Source of the DNA: Flectonema sp. DT1601
Taxonomy: Eukaryota
Direction: 5' to 3'
NCBI GenBank assembly: GCA_964019425.1
Contig: OZ025780.1
Location: forward strand, 744,001-808,000
DNA length: 64,000 nucleotides
The position numbers and the translations under genes were made by a program. Below the pieces are notes generated by a model. The model did not search any database, had not been told where the DNA came from, and was given only the letters and a program-made list of their open reading frames with translations. Shown one piece after another: positions 31,494 to 42,652 of this stretch. How positions within the stretch are numbered: position 1 is the first letter of the stretch; every line of letters begins with the position of its first letter.

Positions 31494-33707
31494 ATGCGTT
31501 CATTATTTGAGTACTTTTTCTCCGAAGACGATACGGAGGAGACAAGACATAGAAAGAAGTTAATGGTCACACTGTGTCTGGCGATTACAAGTGTCGCATG
31601 CGGTGCAGCGGCTCTGAATGAGTTCAAACTTAACATATTGATTCTTTATATTCTTGGATTCTATAGTGTGTTGTTATTGTTGAGGTGGTTTATAACAAAG
31701 AAGATTCCCGATAGAGATATAGCAGTATTCTTAATTTTATGGTTGGCAATGGTCTTGTTTACAGACTTATTTCGCGTCAGTGAAATGGGAACCCCTTTTT
31801 GGCCCGCGGCGGTAGTTCTTCTGGACATCAGTTTAATATGCAAGCTGCCTTATTCCGTTACAACGTCCTTAGTTCTTGCTGTCTGTGTTCATCTTGTCGT
31901 CACTGGTATTGAACAGGGTACTCGCTTTGGTCTTTATGATGTTGTTGGAAGTACTAAAATGAGATACATCAGGGGATGCTTTAACATCACTCCTGAGGAA
32001 ATTGAAGCGACTCCTTGTAAAGTACCATTACACCTTGCGGGTACAGATTCAATGTTATTTATGTCAATATTTCTCCTGGACTACTATGCCACCCGAAGCT
32101 TTGCCATGGGCATGTTTAGAGAAAAGGCAAAACTTCAAGCGAGTGTCTCACTTGCGGAAACTGTTGTCGCTGCTCTTGTTCGCTTCGATCTCGAAGAAGC
32201 CGCAACCTGCATCGGAAAAGAGGAGTACACTCCTCTATCTGAAGTCCTCAGCAAATTGCTTCAAAACCTTCATCAGTATCGACCCTACCTGCCAGACTCT
32301 CTGTTTGAACTTTCTGAAGAAAGCTTTAACGTAACTGTGTCGCCTCCCCAAGATCAAGCGGCGATTCTCTTCACTGACTTGAAGTCTTCGACTGCTATAT
32401 GGGAAGCCAGTCCTGATGCTATGAAACGAGCTTTGAAAATGCACAACAACATCATCAGAAGTTGTCTTGGTGACTACGGAGGTTACGAAGTGAAGACAAT
32501 TGGAGATGCTTTCATGGTCGCCTTTGAGGATATGACAAGCGGGTGTTCATTTGCGATGGCTGTGCAGGAGAAGATAATGTCAACGACTTGGCCGACTGAA
32601 TTAGTTCTTCCGGAACACTTCTCCAGGAATGGATGGAATGGTTTAGTGTTGAGAATTGGAATTCATTTTGGAGAAGTCACTACTGAGGTCAGTGAATTGA
32701 CAGGTCGGACGGACTACTTCGGCCGAACAGTAAACAGAGCAGCTCGTATAGAAGGCGCATGCACACCTGGAGGTATTGCTATTTCTAACTCTATGTTGGA
32801 TCAAATGCCATGCGCAAGAGGTTGGTATCACGAAAATATATCAGAAACTCTAAGAGGAATAGATGAGAACCCTGTGGAAATTACTCTTTTTCACTTGAAC
32901 GATGCAAGGAACAGAATTCATTTATCGTGTGACACTTTCTCTGTTGGTAGCTCAATGTCTTTCAGTACTCCGGGAAGTCCCCTTTCATTAGTTGGAAAGA
33001 AAGGAAGCGCCACTACATGTACTGTGAGACTTGCCATCCCTGATGTCCACCACGCAATGCACAGCATCGACAATGCGCTATCTAGAGCTATATCCTGTTT
33101 AGAACGTACTGAGGGTTCAATTATTGCTGTTGTTTCATCATTCATCACTATTGGATGGAATACCGTAAGAGCAACACCAACTCATGTTGAGAACAGTGTT
33201 CGATTCACATCATTAATGTATTCCACCTTCTCATCACCTGGTGAGATATTTATTGGACTCTCATCCAGTCCAGTTCACTGTGGAACTGTTGGAACGAAAG
33301 AACAGAGATTTGTGACTGTTTTTGGAGACTGTGTTGCCGCCTGTGGTTTGCTGTGTCAGGCTTGCTATGATATTGGTGCCTTTGCTCTTTGTACTGCTGA
33401 AACGATAAAGGATTTCCCTGTTCGTCCTGTTGACCGATGGAAACTAAATACAAACGGTGATGAAATAACGACTATCGATATTTATGAACTTAACGCACCT
33501 GAGTTGAAGAAGTACCTCTGTTCACCTCTTCTTAATGATAGTTTAGACAATACTGCTTTTACTGAATGGGGTTGGAGTAAATCGTACTGGACAGCCTTTA
33601 ACAACAAAGACTGGGAAACAATAAAAAAACAATCCACACGTAGTAGAGTCTTGATATGCGTAGCTGACATGTTACGAAGTGGAAGTTCCCTGAGATGTAG
33701 TTTCTGA
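31494..33707 (+). CDS. Multi-TM adenylate cyclase, copy 5
   Basis: Paralog with intact catalytic motifs; ends LRCSF*. Confidence 0.92.
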   Translation: MRSLFEYFFSEDDTEETRHRKKLMVTLCLAITSVACGAAALNEFKLNILILYILGFYSVLLLLRWFITKKIPDRDIAVFLILWLAMVLFTDLFRVSEMGTPFWPAAVVLLDISLICKLPYSVTTSLVLAVCVHLVVTGIEQGTRFGLYDVVGSTKMRYIRGCFNITPEEIEATPCKVPLHLAGTDSMLFMSIFLLDYYATRSFAMGMFREKAKLQASVSLAETVVAALVRFDLEEAATCIGKEEYTPLSEVLSKLLQNLHQYRPYLPDSLFELSEESFNVTVSPPQDQAAILFTDLKSSTAIWEASPDAMKRALKMHNNIIRSCLGDYGGYEVKTIGDAFMVAFEDMTSGCSFAMAVQEKIMSTTWPTELVLPEHFSRNGWNGLVLRIGIHFGEVTTEVSELTGRTDYFGRTVNRAARIEGACTPGGIAISNSMLDQMPCARGWYHENISETLRGIDENPVEITLFHLNDARNRIHLSCDTFSVGSSMSFSTPGSPLSLVGKKGSATTCTVRLAIPDVHHAMHSIDNALSRAISCLERTEGSIIAVVSSFITIGWNTVRATPTHVENSVRFTSLMYSTFSSPGEIFIGLSSSPVHCGTVGTKEQRFVTVFGDCVAACGLLCQACYDIGAFALCTAETIKDFPVRPVDRWKLNTNGDEITTIDIYELNAPELKKYLCSPLLNDSLDNTAFTEWGWSKSYWTAFNNKDWETIKKQSTRSRVLICVADMLRSGSSLRCSF

Positions 33708-33909
33708 TGCCATTATTATTGTCAATAATTTTTGTTAAGTATTATTTTTAAGCTCAAATCGTACGAGTACTTGCTCTGTTTGATCGAAGGGTTTCTAGTG
33801 ACTCCTGGACCCTAATCTGTCCACTTCCTCCCCCCGTGTATTTGATACTTTTTAGTAGGAAATCAATTTCTGTGTTTAGGAATTCCTCATCAGCAGTTCT
33901 ATATCCACT

Positions 33910-34240
33910 TGGGTAGGTAAAGAATGTTTCTTTCCTCTATTGTAATTGTCTTATTTTATTTTATTGGTATCATTTCTCTTTCTTATCATTACTTTATTTC
34001 TTTTTTTCTGATCTAATGTGGCGTGTTCCTCTCTTTGGCGATGATTTGCGTTGTCGGCCGTCTCTTAACTGTCTGCTCGCGTGGGCGGTGGGTTTAGATA
34101 GTCATTTGTTCCAGGTTATTCTACGTCTCTTATCGTCTGTGAGAGTCTTAAGGTTGCTGGTAGCGATATAACTGTTACCCTGTGAGCTTTTCCTGGTTTT
34201 TGGCTCCTAGACTTCGTAAAAAAAATAAATAAATAAATAA
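33910..34240 (+). mobile_element. 3'-end fragment (3' UTR + tail) of the LINE family found at 40800-46932
   Basis: Highly similar to 46603-46932 and ends CTTCGTAAAAAAAATAAATAAATAAATAA. Confidence 0.9.
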
Positions 34241-35878
34241 CCCATAGGTATTTTGCTGTATTCCGTCTGTGAAACAATGTGACTAAATGTTTCTTCTGGT
34301 ACTGGTTTAGACCCAGCCTAGACCCCTAAAGAACTACTACTTCCGACACCGCTTCTTCTTCAGCGAGCCAATTAGCTGACAGTGATCAATGTATTCTCTC
34401 TTTGGTTTCGTCACTAATTAATATTTTCTCGAGTGTCGGTCAGTTACAAGTTTTTTGTGAAATATTGGGGCTGTGGGTTTCCCAAGACACAAAAATTGAT
34501 TTCCTATCAAAAAATATCAAATACGTGGTAAGAATAGCACTGGATGCCTGCTGATTGTATGGTACTCCAGATTTTGCCAGGTACTCGTATCTTCCAATTA
34601 TTTGTTTGCTGTTTTTTTTTTAGTTTTTTTATTTTATACCGCTAGCTATCAACACTATTTTCTAAATCCCTCCCCCCGATGTTTATGCTCGCCTCTTTTT
34701 TAATTTTGGAGCAGCATGATCGAAGACAATCTTTCTTTTCCCTCTTTTATTTCCAATCCCGTCGCCCCCGGGAAGTTTAATTGTAGTGACTAGCCAGGCG
34801 GGGCATCTTGATTTACATTTGTGACAGCTAGGGGGAGTGGAGTGTAGCGAGGGAATGGCACTTTGCCACTTACCGACTGTTGACCGTAAATGCGGGTTAT
34901 CACGTTTCCTTTTTGTTTTAGGTTTTTTGATAATGGTTAGATGTGCCACGTTTAATTATTTCACAACGTGTTTCGCCATCTTGAACTACTTTTAATACAG
35001 TTTTCGTATCATCAAATACCAGTATATACGGCTATTAACAGAGAGCCGCCCCCTTCCTGGTGTTCGTCTTTTTCTGTGGTTAATTTTCAAGACAATATAA
35101 TGGTATTAGTTAAGTACTCATGAGTTTTATAATGAAGAAGCTATAATAAAACAGTCCTAATAAGATTGGGTCTAATTACGTTGCTGTTGCCTCGTAGCTC
35201 TAGGGAGTTAACCCGATGCTCCCTAGTTTGCTGTATCAGCGATGCACAGTACGCAATGTATTGGACTTCCTTATCTATCTATCTATAAAAAGCTGTTACG
35301 GTAACATGGGCAAGTGGCGCTCAACTATGTTCACGTTGCCTCCAAGTGGTATTATTTATTTATTTGCAGTCATTTACTACGCTGCCGCTGACAGTCAAGA
35401 TTGTCGGAGAAATTGTTGTTCCTCTTGAGCTTGAAAATGCAGTATCAAATTACCCCCCTCCATTTAATATTAGTATCAAGTTACCCCCGTGTTAACCTTG
35501 ATTTATTTATCCAAGTCCCCCCCTTCGTAGTACCGTCTATTGTTCTATTCTTTAGTTGTAATTTTTCTTTTATCAGACAAAATTATAATTTTCAGAATTT
35601 TTTTATTTTTTCTATTTCATATCATTTATCCTTATTGCGAATTTCTCGCATTCCTCGCTGAAGAGCTGGTTTTCGAAACCAAAATATTTGTTTATATGCC
35701 CTTGCGTTTTTTTATTTTATTTTATTAGTTAGTTTATGGTACTATCACTCTGCTTTGACACAGTTGAAGAGCTGTTCAAAGCAAATATATTATGCTAGCC
35801 CGTCCTGGCGAGATCCAGTATTTGCTGCTTTTTTTTTTTTTTTTTTTAAATTTTTTCATTTCATTATTTTTTATACTA

Positions 35879-37454
35879 CCGTAATTATAAATATCATGGT
35901 GTATAAAAAGTCTCCAAATCTCCAAAAAATGGCCAAATCCACCATCCTTATTATATCCAAAGTTTTTTTAGTACAATCATTCACAGAAAACACTTAGCAA
36001 AATTCGGATTCCAGAAAAAAAAATTTTTTTTTGACCTTTTTTTTTAACTTTCCATACTAAATTATCGACATTTTGAACTGGTTAAAGTTCTCAGGCTGGG
36101 GATTGATAACTATGTCTTGAATGTTGAGGTTGCTTCCAGATACATATCAGGACAATATATCCACAAATAACGTTGTTGGTAGCTGGTTGCACACCAGTCT
36201 TAATAAATGATGTCAAAATTACTAAAAACAGCAAGGAGTGCAGCTTTGGTAGTGCTGGTGATGCAGTCTAGACAAGGATCAACTACAACTAAGCCAATCG
36301 TTGTAATAGCCAGTGTGATCCCACCGAGGTATGAGGTGCGGTATTAAGAAACATGAACTCATGTTCACAACTACGGACCTCAGGAGCTCGGGTGGATTTG
36401 CAGGATTGACGATACCTGCTTTCATAAAACCAGCCATGGTAGTATTTTTCGTAATGCTATCAAGGGCTGTCACTATCCAATTTGCGGCCTTCGTTTTTGT
36501 GAGCTCCTTCATCCATTTTGAGGTTCGGATTCAGGAGCTCCTTTTGGACCCTTCCCATTCGCAACGCGCTTTAAAGTTTCTATCAGCTTTTTGCTTTGAT
36601 TTTTTCAACTTTCCCTCCCGCTTGCACATCTGCTCTGTCATCCACTCTCCAAGAAAGCTTGATGCTACTTTGAAGTTGGCCATGACAGTTAGATCCAGCG
36701 GCCGGAGATGAGAAGTCCATCCGCCTTGCACCAGTATAACCGTCATATTTGCTTCTTCAAATTGACGAAGGACTTCCTCAGTTATTTGCCCCCTAAACTG
36801 GTCATATACTGCGAGGCCAGGGTGATCCGATTGGAGTCCCAACTCCTGGCGTTTTTTAATAAAGTATGGGACTATTGCTCCAGAAACCTGGACCGAGCTG
36901 ATAGGAGTTCTGCTTCAGGCGCTACTTTCGCAGTGGTTCCAAGACGGTATCCAACCCTTCCGTTCCAGGAACTTGTAGGTCCATGTTGCTTGTAGGGAAC
37001 CGGAATCCACGCGTTCCGGCGTATCACCTGTGCTTGAAACCAGAGAAGCAAACACACAGCCACCATAGGCACGGATATTCTCAATTAAATCGAGCACCCG
37101 CTTCCTCATCAGTGGTTAAGATGGTTGGTCCCCCAGATTTCACCTGCCCTTGACCACTTCTCATAGCAGCGAGACGTTTGTGCTCTTTTACCCGCTGCTC
37201 TTTCTTTATCAAACCCAGCTCCACCTTGCTTACCGACGTCTTCAGGGGTTCAAAAGGATCCCGCTTTTTCAAAAAATTGTGCATAGTGTGAAAAATTTCA
37301 TACTCAAAAACTACTATTTTACAGTCAAAATGTGTACTTTCATACTTTTTTATAAAAATCCACCAAGTTTTTTTTCCGAGAATCCACCATCTTTTTTATA
37401 TCCAAAGTTGTTATACTCCAAATTTTTTATACACCGTGATATTTATAATTACAG
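35879..37454 (-). mobile_element. Decayed pogo/Tigger-like (DDE_1) DNA transposon
   Basis: 31 bp TIRs C(C/T)GTAATTATAAATATCA(T/C)GGTGTATAAAAA at 35879-35909 and 37424-37454, TA on both sides; broken minus-strand ORFs with WTYKFLERKG (CENP-B HTH-like) and LAVYDQFRGQ...QGGWTSHLRPLDLTVMANFK (DDE_1). Confidence 0.9.
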
Positions 37455-37867
37455 TATTATATTACAAGTCTAAACAGATACATATTTTTTCTATCTATCC
37501 ATCTACATGTGTATAATCTTTCGCTGCTCTTTTTAGCTTCGAATCCAAAGAAGCCAGTCTGAACAGAAGACAAACACACCCTCACTTACCCTATCGTCGT
37601 CTCTGTGTGTGTCCTAACCAGAGCTTTAAAGAAAAGATGATTCTTAGCTTTTCAGCTTTAATTAACCTTTCTGCTTTTATTGACTTTGAATTAGATAAAG
37701 CAATCTTACTGATAATATTACTTTTTTAAAACATGTGTTGGGAAGGTGATGACGTTCAGTTTTTATTTAACTTCTCCTGATGACACATCATATAAAAGTG
37801 AATCTGTTGACTCTTCAGTCACTATCTTTTGTTCCCTCTTCAGGTGTGGAGAAATAGCAAAGAACAA

Positions 37868-40090
37868 ATGCGTTCGTTTTTTGAGTACTTTTTCTCTGAA
37901 GACGATACGGAGGAGACGAGACATAAAAAGAGGATAATGGTCACAGCGTGTCTGGTTATTACAATTGTAGCATGCGGTGCATCAGCTCCGCAGGACTTGT
38001 CATTTACTATGGTAGCTGTTTATATTACTGGATTTTATAGTATGTTGTTATTGTTAAAGTGGTTTATAAGAAAGGAGATTCCCGATAGAGATATAGCGAT
38101 ATTCTTAATGTTATGGTTGGCAGTGGTCCTGGTGGTTGATATTTTTAACGCAAGTGAAATGAGATACCGTCTTTGGCCTTCCGCAGTAGTTCTTCTGGAC
38201 ATCAGTTTAATATGCAAGCTGCCTTATTCCGTTACAACGTCCTTAGTTCTTGCTGTCTGTGTTCATCTTGTCGTCACCGGTATTGAACAGGGTACTCGCT
38301 TTGGTCTTTATGACATTGTTGGAAGTACTAAAATGAGAAACATCAGGGGATGTTTCAACATCACTCCTGAAGAAATTGAAGCGACTCCTTGTAAAACACC
38401 ATTACTTCTTGCTGGTACAAACTCAATACTATACGTGTCAGTATTTCTCCTGGACTACTATGCCACCCGAAGCTTTGCCATGGGCATGTTTAGAGAAAAG
38501 GCAAAACTTCAAGCGAGTGTCTCACTTGCGGAAACTGTTGTCGCTGCTCTTGTTCGCTTCGATCTCGAAGAAGCCGCAACCTGCATCGGAAATGAGGAGT
38601 ACACTCCTCTATCTGAAGTCCTCAGCAAGTTGCTTCAAAACCTTCATCGGTATCGACCCTACCTGCCAGACTCTCTGTTTGAACTTTCTGAGGAAACTTT
38701 TCACGTGAGTGTGTCGCCTCCCCAAGATCAAGCGGCGATTCTCTTCACTGACTTGAAGTCTTCGACTGCTATATGGGAAGCCAGTCCCGATGCTATGAAA
38801 CGAGCTTTGAAAATGCACAACAACATCATCAGAAGTTGTCTTGGTGACTACGGAGGTTACGAAGTGAAGACAATTGGAGATGCTTTCATGGTCGCCTTTG
38901 AGGATATGACAAGCGGGTGTTCATTTGCGATGGCTGTGCAGGAGAAGATAATGTCAACGACTTGGCCGACTGAACTAATACTTCCTGATAACTTTATTAG
39001 CAACGGATGGAATGGTTTAGTGCTGAGAATTGGAATTCATTTTGGAGAAGTCACTACTGAGGTGAGCAAGCTGAGTGGCCGTACAGACTACTTCGGCCGA
39101 ACAGTAAACAGAGCAGCTCGTTTAGAAGGCGCATGCACACCTGGAGGTATTGCTATTTCTAACTCTATGTTGGATCAAATGCCATGTGCAGGAGGTTGGT
39201 ATCACGAGAACACTGCTGAAATCTTGAAAGGAATAGATGAGAACCCTGTGGAAATTACTCTTTTTCAATTGAACGAAACGAAGAATAGAGTTCCTTCAAT
39301 GTTAGAAAATTCTTCTGTCGGTAGCACAGTATCTTTCAGTACACCGGGAAGTCCCCTTGCACGAGTTGGGAAGCAAAGAAGCTCCACCTCATGTACTGTG
39401 AGACTTGCCATCTCTGACGCCCACCACGCAATACACGGTGTCAACAATGCGCTATCTAGAGCTATATCCTGTTTAGAACGTACTGAGGGTTCAATTATTG
39501 CTGTTGTTTCATCATTCATCACTATTGGATGGAATACCGTAAGAGCAACACCAACTCATGTTGAGAACAGTGTTCGATTCACATCATTAATGTATTCCAC
39601 CTTCTCATCACCTGGTGAGATATTTATTGGACTCTCATCCAGTCCAGTTCACTGTGGAACTGTTGGAACGAAAGAACAGAGATTTGTGACTGTTTTTGGA
39701 GACTGTGTTGCCGCCTGTGGTTTGCTGTGTCAGGCTTGCTATGATATTGGTGCCTTTGCTCTTTGTACTGCTGAAACGATAAAGGATTTCCCTGTTCGTC
39801 CTGTTGACCGATGGAAACTAAATACAAACGATGATGAAATAACGACTATCGATATTTATGAACTTAACGCACCTGAGTTGAAGAGTTGCCTCTGTTCACC
39901 TCTTCTTAATGATAATTTAGACAATACTGCTTTTACTGAATGGGGTTGGAGTAAATCGTACTGGACAGCCTTTAACAACAAAGACTGGGAAACAATAAAA
40001 AAACAATCCACACGTAGTAGAGTCTTGAGATGCGTAGCTGACATGTTACGAAGTGGAAGTTCCCTGCGATTTGATAATAACGATTTCTAA
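37868..40090 (+). CDS. Multi-TM adenylate cyclase, copy 6
   Basis: Paralog with intact catalytic motifs and a more divergent TM1-TM3. Confidence 0.92.
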   Translation: MRSFFEYFFSEDDTEETRHKKRIMVTACLVITIVACGASAPQDLSFTMVAVYITGFYSMLLLLKWFIRKEIPDRDIAIFLMLWLAVVLVVDIFNASEMRYRLWPSAVVLLDISLICKLPYSVTTSLVLAVCVHLVVTGIEQGTRFGLYDIVGSTKMRNIRGCFNITPEEIEATPCKTPLLLAGTNSILYVSVFLLDYYATRSFAMGMFREKAKLQASVSLAETVVAALVRFDLEEAATCIGNEEYTPLSEVLSKLLQNLHRYRPYLPDSLFELSEETFHVSVSPPQDQAAILFTDLKSSTAIWEASPDAMKRALKMHNNIIRSCLGDYGGYEVKTIGDAFMVAFEDMTSGCSFAMAVQEKIMSTTWPTELILPDNFISNGWNGLVLRIGIHFGEVTTEVSKLSGRTDYFGRTVNRAARLEGACTPGGIAISNSMLDQMPCAGGWYHENTAEILKGIDENPVEITLFQLNETKNRVPSMLENSSVGSTVSFSTPGSPLARVGKQRSSTSCTVRLAISDAHHAIHGVNNALSRAISCLERTEGSIIAVVSSFITIGWNTVRATPTHVENSVRFTSLMYSTFSSPGEIFIGLSSSPVHCGTVGTKEQRFVTVFGDCVAACGLLCQACYDIGAFALCTAETIKDFPVRPVDRWKLNTNDDEITTIDIYELNAPELKSCLCSPLLNDNLDNTAFTEWGWSKSYWTAFNNKDWETIKKQSTRSRVLRCVADMLRSGSSLRFDNNDF

Positions 40091-40835
40091 GACCAATCCA
40101 ATCCCCTTTTTTGTAGTACCGTCTATTCTTTAGGTGTAATCTTTCTTTCCGGAAGGAATTGTAATTTTTAGAAAAACCTTTATAAACTGTCAGAAGGTTA
40201 ATCTTGACACCCCTCATAAGCTCAACTCAACTCTACTTATCAAATGATAATTAGTTATGATCTATTTGGATTTGTATTTTGAGCCACCTTGCGATTTAAA
40301 GTGTTAGTCTAGACTGGCGACACGGGATACAGATCCCACAGACTTATATTAGTCTCATCACGGCATCTTATTGTTGTGAAATTACGATTTAATTATATTT
40401 TGAGATCTAAGATTATAACCATCTTCCAATTCCCTGTTGTAATATCGTCAGTTCTTTAGTTTGTTATCTTTCTTACTAGAAAAGATTCACTGAAGAACTT
40501 AGTACCGAAACCTAACAGTACTATTTCCTTACGATATGCTTCGTTTGATTTAATTATTTATTTGTGATAACTGACTGCTGTTTTTGTACTAATACATCAC
40601 TCTGGGAATGGATTGGAAAACTTTCTCTAAAAGAAAAGATGATTCTTAGCTTTTCAGCTTTAATTAACTTTTCTGTTATTATTGACTTTGAATTAGATAA
40701 AGCAATCTTACTGATAATATTACTTTTTTAAAACATGTGTTGGGAAGGTGATGACGTTCAGTTTTTATTTAACTTCTCCTGATGACACATCATATAAAAT
40801 CTGTACTTTATTATGATTTCCAATAATTAACAACT

Positions 40836-42539
40836 ATGACATTGGATCCAGGCCTATTTGGCCTGATGTTGGAGAAGATGGTGGGCATGCTCGGTGAGAT
40901 GCAGAAGGGTTTGAATGTAAAGGGGGTTACTAAACGCAACGGGGGAGAGAAGCAATCGGTGGATTTATCACCGATGAATGAGGAATGGACGAGGGTACGT
41001 GGTAAACGGCCCAAGGTAGTGAAGCGCAAGTCTGAGCCGGCTCAAGCGCTGAATTCGTTTAGTGGACTGAAGGAGGTCCGATGTGATGGGAAGGCAGCAA
41101 CTAATTTGCCGAATGTGCAAGAGAAGCGGTGGGACTGCCAACTCCGTGATGATGACTGGTCTGTTCCAGTAATTTCGATGTCAGGCGTGTTTAACACGTC
41201 GATTACGTGTGGTGTGTCACTGGGCACGGCCTCTGATGTAGAGGCGATGATTAAACTCCGACCGGGAACAAACCTCTCGGTAATTTGCAAGAAAAACCCT
41301 GGGGGCGGTAAAAAGATACAGTTCCCGGCGGTGGTAAACGACGGTGTACTGACACATCGGACCGGTTGGATTGTATCAACCGGGAAACCAGCTACCCTCT
41401 TCCGTGGAGACGCTCTGACTGCCGGTGACAATCGAGTGGTATTGTTCCACCACCACGCGCTCCACTCCAACGACAAGGTGCCTTCGCCTAGTGAGCTATG
41501 CAAGAAGGCCTCCGACTACTACACGGCAGTTACGAACCTGCCCATCGAGCCGCACCTCTTGTGGCCTGCCAACAAGAAGGAATCAGACCCTCATGTTAAG
41601 TCTGTGAACATGAGGGTGCCAGCAGACGCTGTTGACGCCTTGAGAAGGGCAAGTGGGAGTGGTGGGTACTTCTTATCAGTACCGAATTTCGCAGACACAG
41701 CACCGTGCAGGACGTCAATCCAGCTCACGGTGGATTTTAAGTTAGCCTCATCGCTAGCCGGTGAACTCCGGTTACCTCTGAGGTTCTACCGCCACTCACG
41801 CAAGCTGGGGGTTGTGTGTCTGAAGACCGACGAAGATTACGTGCGATCGAAGCTGGGTGAGAATGCACTGCCGCCTCCACCTGAAGGCCTCAAGTTCTGT
41901 TTGAGGAGCCGAGCCATTGATGCGATGAGTTCGCTGGAAGTAGTGCAGGTCTGTGCTCACCAAGGGTGGGAGATTAGCGTCGTTGCTCGGTACAGGAGCA
42001 GAAAGGAGCTTCCTAAGATGATTGTAGTGGCCAAGGAGAAACCCAAGAGTAACTTCATCATTCTTCGTGATGACATGATCACAATCAAAGAGGTGGGCCT
42101 CGGCAAGCAGAATCCCGATAAGATGGACCTGGACGAGTTTCCTCACCTCTGTCAACCTAACGCTGCGCCATCTGTTGGAATTGATTTATCGCCACCGCCT
42201 GTTTCTCAGCAATATCTGCAAACGCTTCAATCGAACAAACAGCAGCTGCCCATACCGCCTTCGCAGTACAACTGTCAACAATCCGACATTTCTAAATTGG
42301 TATCGCAGGTTACTGAACTAACGGCTGCTGTGAAGAGTCTACGGCAGGACCTTGCTGAAGAGAGGGATGCGAATAGATGTCTCCGAAAGGAGATTGAGTC
42401 CCTAAATAATGAAAAAGGATCGGGATCTCAGAGGCTGACCGTCTCAAGTAGGCAACGAGCTAACTCTGTTGCTGCTACTAAGTCTGAAATGGCTGACCGT
42501 CTTGATCGGAATGAGAAACGGGACTACTCGCGGAATTAG
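40836..42539 (+). CDS. LINE ORF1 protein with C-terminal coiled coil
   Basis: 567 aa open frame at the element's 5' end, upstream of the endonuclease; heptad-like LVSQVTELTAAVKSLRQDLAEERDANRCLRKEIESL. Confidence 0.75.
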   Translation: MTLDPGLFGLMLEKMVGMLGEMQKGLNVKGVTKRNGGEKQSVDLSPMNEEWTRVRGKRPKVVKRKSEPAQALNSFSGLKEVRCDGKAATNLPNVQEKRWDCQLRDDDWSVPVISMSGVFNTSITCGVSLGTASDVEAMIKLRPGTNLSVICKKNPGGGKKIQFPAVVNDGVLTHRTGWIVSTGKPATLFRGDALTAGDNRVVLFHHHALHSNDKVPSPSELCKKASDYYTAVTNLPIEPHLLWPANKKESDPHVKSVNMRVPADAVDALRRASGSGGYFLSVPNFADTAPCRTSIQLTVDFKLASSLAGELRLPLRFYRHSRKLGVVCLKTDEDYVRSKLGENALPPPPEGLKFCLRSRAIDAMSSLEVVQVCAHQGWEISVVARYRSRKELPKMIVVAKEKPKSNFIILRDDMITIKEVGLGKQNPDKMDLDEFPHLCQPNAAPSVGIDLSPPPVSQQYLQTLQSNKQQLPIPPSQYNCQQSDISKLVSQVTELTAAVKSLRQDLAEERDANRCLRKEIESLNNEKGSGSQRLTVSSRQRANSVAATKSEMADRLDRNEKRDYSRN

Positions 42540-42652
42540 CAACCACTTCCAATTGACTGTTTATTGGGAAAGACTCCGTCCTTGGAGTACTATTATTCTG
42601 TGAGTGGCTTCTGGAACTCTATCGTAGTGGTTTTCCGAGACACCCTGGTCCG

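Noticed and set aside
33800..33845. HDV-like ribozyme at the head of the short LINE-related element (CCACTTCCTCCCCCCGTG)
   Set aside because: Only a P3/L3-like fragment is visible; P1, P2 and P4 could not be assigned
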